A stretch of 15,682 bases of DNA from a virus. Of the stretch, positions 13,815-15,682 are shown in pieces. Where the stretch lies: IMG/VR virus record IMGVR_UViG_3300028534_000011, positions 1-15,682 of that record; one strand, written 5' to 3'. The translations under genes and the position numbers were made by a program. The notes under the pieces were generated by a model. The model did not search any database. It was given only the letters and a program-made list of their open reading frames with translations, and was not told the DNA's origin. Within the stretch, counting starts at the first letter, position 1. Every line of letters begins with the position of its first letter.

Positions 13815-14342
13815 TTATTTTAATCTTAATTTTGTTAAAATTTCATTATGAACTTGCTCAGGATCTTTTTTATTTATATTAATTAAAACTTTATTTTTTA
13901 TAGTACTCAATTCATATACTTTCTTAAATAATTCAATTTCTTTTTTCTTCATTTCGATATTTGTTGAAAATGAATATCCATCTTCTCTTTTTATTAAATT
14001 TTCAGGTTTGTCTATTAATACAATTAGATATAAATCATTAATTTCATTTATTTTGTGATTTCTTTCTAAATCTATCACATAAAGACCTTCATATCCTCTA
14101 TAAAGTTTTCCATATACCAATTCACCTAAATGACTTCTATCTGCTATAATATTGTATTTTTTAAGTAATTCAAAAAATTCAGAATAAAGTTTTATATTAT
14201 AATCAATACAATCAATAATTGAATCATGTTTCACTGCACTATAATGAACTGTATGAAAAGTGATTTTATTAAATTTATCTTTTATTAATTTTATTTGAGT
14301 CGTTTTTCCAACGTTGTCTGGACCTTCAAAAATTATTTTCAT
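13815..14342 (-). CDS. P-loop nucleoside monophosphate kinase, thymidylate kinase-like
   Basis: 175 aa. IIFEGPDNVGKTT resembles the Tmk P-loop (EGxDGxGKTT). ADRSHLGELVYG resembles the Tmk DRxxxSxxAY motif. Substrate is unknown. Confidence 0.55.
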   Translation of the reverse strand: MKIIFEGPDNVGKTTQIKLIKDKFNKITFHTVHYSAVKHDSIIDCIDYNIKLYSEFFELLKKYNIIADRSHLGELVYGKLYRGYEGLYVIDLERNHKINEINDLYLIVLIDKPENLIKREDGYSFSTNIEMKKKEIELFKKVYELSTIKNKVLININKKDPEQVHNEILTKLRLK

Positions 14343-14674
14343 TTTAATTCCTTTATTTCAATTTCATCTATAAAATTATCTATAAAATTTAACAATATAT
14401 TATATATGCCATTTACTTTTTTCACAATATAAAAATCATCTGTATTTTTCAAAATTTCATATCTTATTTTTCTGATTTCATTGAATTTTAATTTTTCTTC
14501 TATTTTTTTCACAATATAATCTCTTATTTTATCTTTTGCTAATATATCTGTATCTATAAAAGATGGAATTTCATTTTTTGAAAATACTATATTTAATTCA
14601 TCACTTTTTAATTCTCCATAATATTTTTTAAAATTATCATCAATTTCTTTTTTTATTTCTAATTTGATTTTCAT
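14339..14674 (-). CDS. Hypothetical protein
   Basis: 111-aa ORF with 4-nt overlaps on both sides. Confidence 0.6.
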   Translation of the reverse strand: MKIKLEIKKEIDDNFKKYYGELKSDELNIVFSKNEIPSFIDTDILAKDKIRDYIVKKIEEKLKFNEIRKIRYEILKNTDDFYIVKKVNGIYNILLNFIDNFIDEIEIKELK

Positions 14675-15213
14675 TTTAACTCCTTTTTATAATCTTCAAA
14701 TATTTTGTCTGTTTTTCCTATTCTTAAATAATATGAAGGATGGTTTAATTGAATTATTTCTTTGTCAGAAAAATAATATTTAATAGTCTCATAATCTTTG
14801 TATTTTCCTAATAACACTATTTTATAATCTTTATTTGAAAGTAAAAATTCTAATTCTTTAATTATAAATGTTTCATAACTGTTGTAATCTTTATAATAAT
14901 TTGTAAAAAATGGAAATATATTTAATTTATATAATACTTCTATCAAAAGTTTAGACGTTGGACCATAAAGAAATACAGTTTCACAAGGATAGTATTTCAT
15001 TTTGCCTGGAGTGAAACCAACAAATATATAATCAGAATATAAATTTCCTCTTGGTGGAGTTTTCAAAATCTTGTATTTATTTATGAGAAGAGAAATATCA
15101 TATGGAGAAAATATACCTGGAAAGAGTATATTTTTTATAGAAGGATTTTTATTGATAATTTTAAGTCTATTCTCACAAACATATTTTTCTGTAAGAATAT
15201 CAAAATTTATCAT
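14671..15213 (-). CDS. Uracil-DNA glycosylase superfamily (family 4-like fold) protein with an altered motif A
   Basis: 180 aa. IFVGFTPG...YGPTSKLLIEVLYKLNI...FFTNYYK...IVLLGK...NHPSYYLR is collinear with family-4 UDG FVGEGPG...GKAGQLLNRILEAAGI...ITNIVKC...IVPLG...FHPAYLLR. The motif A Glu is Phe, and the four Fe-S cysteines are absent. Confidence 0.5.
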   Translation of the reverse strand: MINFDILTEKYVCENRLKIINKNPSIKNILFPGIFSPYDISLLINKYKILKTPPRGNLYSDYIFVGFTPGKMKYYPCETVFLYGPTSKLLIEVLYKLNIFPFFTNYYKDYNSYETFIIKELEFLLSNKDYKIVLLGKYKDYETIKYYFSDKEIIQLNHPSYYLRIGKTDKIFEDYKKELK

Positions 15214-15222
15214 TTTAACTCC

Positions 15223-15561
15223 TTATTGTATTTCAATCACAATTATTTTTTCTTTGTTTAATTCTTTCATTGCATTTTTGACTTCATCAATCAAATTTGA
15301 TAATATTTTTTTAAAATCATCTTCATTGTAGTCTACCACAGAATTTTTTTCATCATTTAATGCATAATTAGTATAATCTACGAGAAATATTTCAACATTT
15401 GTATCTTTTTTACTTAAATTATAAACATCTCCATCCCAATAAATACCATAACCTTTTTCATTACAATATTCATCAATAATATCAGTAAATGTTTCAATTC
15501 TTTTATCATTTACTTTTACAGTATCTACTTTGTCTGCAATTAATTTTACTTCTACTTTCAT
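15223..15561 (-). CDS. Hypothetical acidic protein, first gene of its unit
   Basis: 112-aa ORF. RBS AAAGGAGTTAAAATG downstream of a cassette promoter. Confidence 0.6.
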   Translation of the reverse strand: MKVEVKLIADKVDTVKVNDKRIETFTDIIDEYCNEKGYGIYWDGDVYNLSKKDTNVEIFLVDYTNYALNDEKNSVVDYNEDDFKKILSNLIDEVKNAMKELNKEKIIVIEIQ

Positions 15562-15682
15562 TTTAACTCCTTTGTTTTAATTTGTTTTAACAATAAAATT
15601 ATAACACATTTTCAAATAAATGTAAATAAAAATTAAAAGAAATTTATAAAATTTTATAAAATTTCTAAAATTTCATCAGAAA
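15562..15682 (-). repeat. Regulatory cassette copy E (partial, cut by the window end): promoter-proximal half
   Basis: Aligns with the promoter halves of copies B-D. The last 35 nt are identical to window positions 1-35. Confidence 0.8.
15598..15626 (-). promoter_or_regulatory. Sigma70-type promoter: -35 TTTACA (15621-15626), 17-nt spacer, extended -10 TGTTATAAT (-10 at 15598-15603)
   Basis: Minus strand reads TTTACATTTATTTGAAAATGTGTTATAAT, upstream of the RBS and the ATG at 15561. Confidence 0.75.

Noticed and set aside
15627-15682. A/T-phased ~11-bp direct repeats upstream of each promoter as a replication origin or iterons
   Set aside because: They occur in every cassette immediately upstream of a -35 element, where UP-element or bent-DNA function is the simpler explanation. 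There is no initiator gene or DnaA-box-like motif nearby. I cannot support an origin call from sequence alone.

Overview
Very AT-rich window whose credible genes all lie on the minus strand. They are tightly packed, often with 4-nt ATGA overlaps, and almost all are preceded by an AAGGAG-type RBS (typically AAGGAGTTAAAATG). The content is a T4-like phage early/middle region for nucleotide metabolism and DNA modification. There are no structural genes, RNA genes or CRISPR arrays.

Recognisable products, matched from motifs and from my memory of T4 proteins (no database search was possible):
- UvsW-like helicase and a tentative UvsY-like mediator
- T4 Cd-like dCMP deaminase with an extra zinc-finger insert
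- a minimal GGDEF diguanylate cyclase next to two tiny membrane proteins
- a divergent ThyX-like protein
- gp1-like dNMP kinase and a MazG-like NTP pyrophosphatase
- a small sugar-phosphate/MobA-like nucleotidyltransferase
- a CofD/YvcK-family protein fused to a HAD-IIB phosphatase domain
- a T4 beta-glucosyltransferase-like enzyme
- a split Hef/Vsr-like homing endonuclease containing 69-bp tandem repeats
- a gp42-like dCMP hydroxymethylase, a Tmk-like kinase and a UDG-superfamily protein with a non-canonical motif A

The genes fall into four transcription units. The units are separated by five copies (two truncated by the window edges) of a ~180-200 bp regulatory cassette. Each cassette holds a GC-rich stem-loop, a second hairpin, A/T-phased repeats and a near-consensus sigma70 promoter (TTTACA-17-TATAAT).

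The most interesting candidate is the MazG / nucleotidyltransferase / CofD-HAD / BGT-like operon. It sits within a complete hydroxymethyl-dC pathway and may specify a previously undescribed hmC hypermodification.
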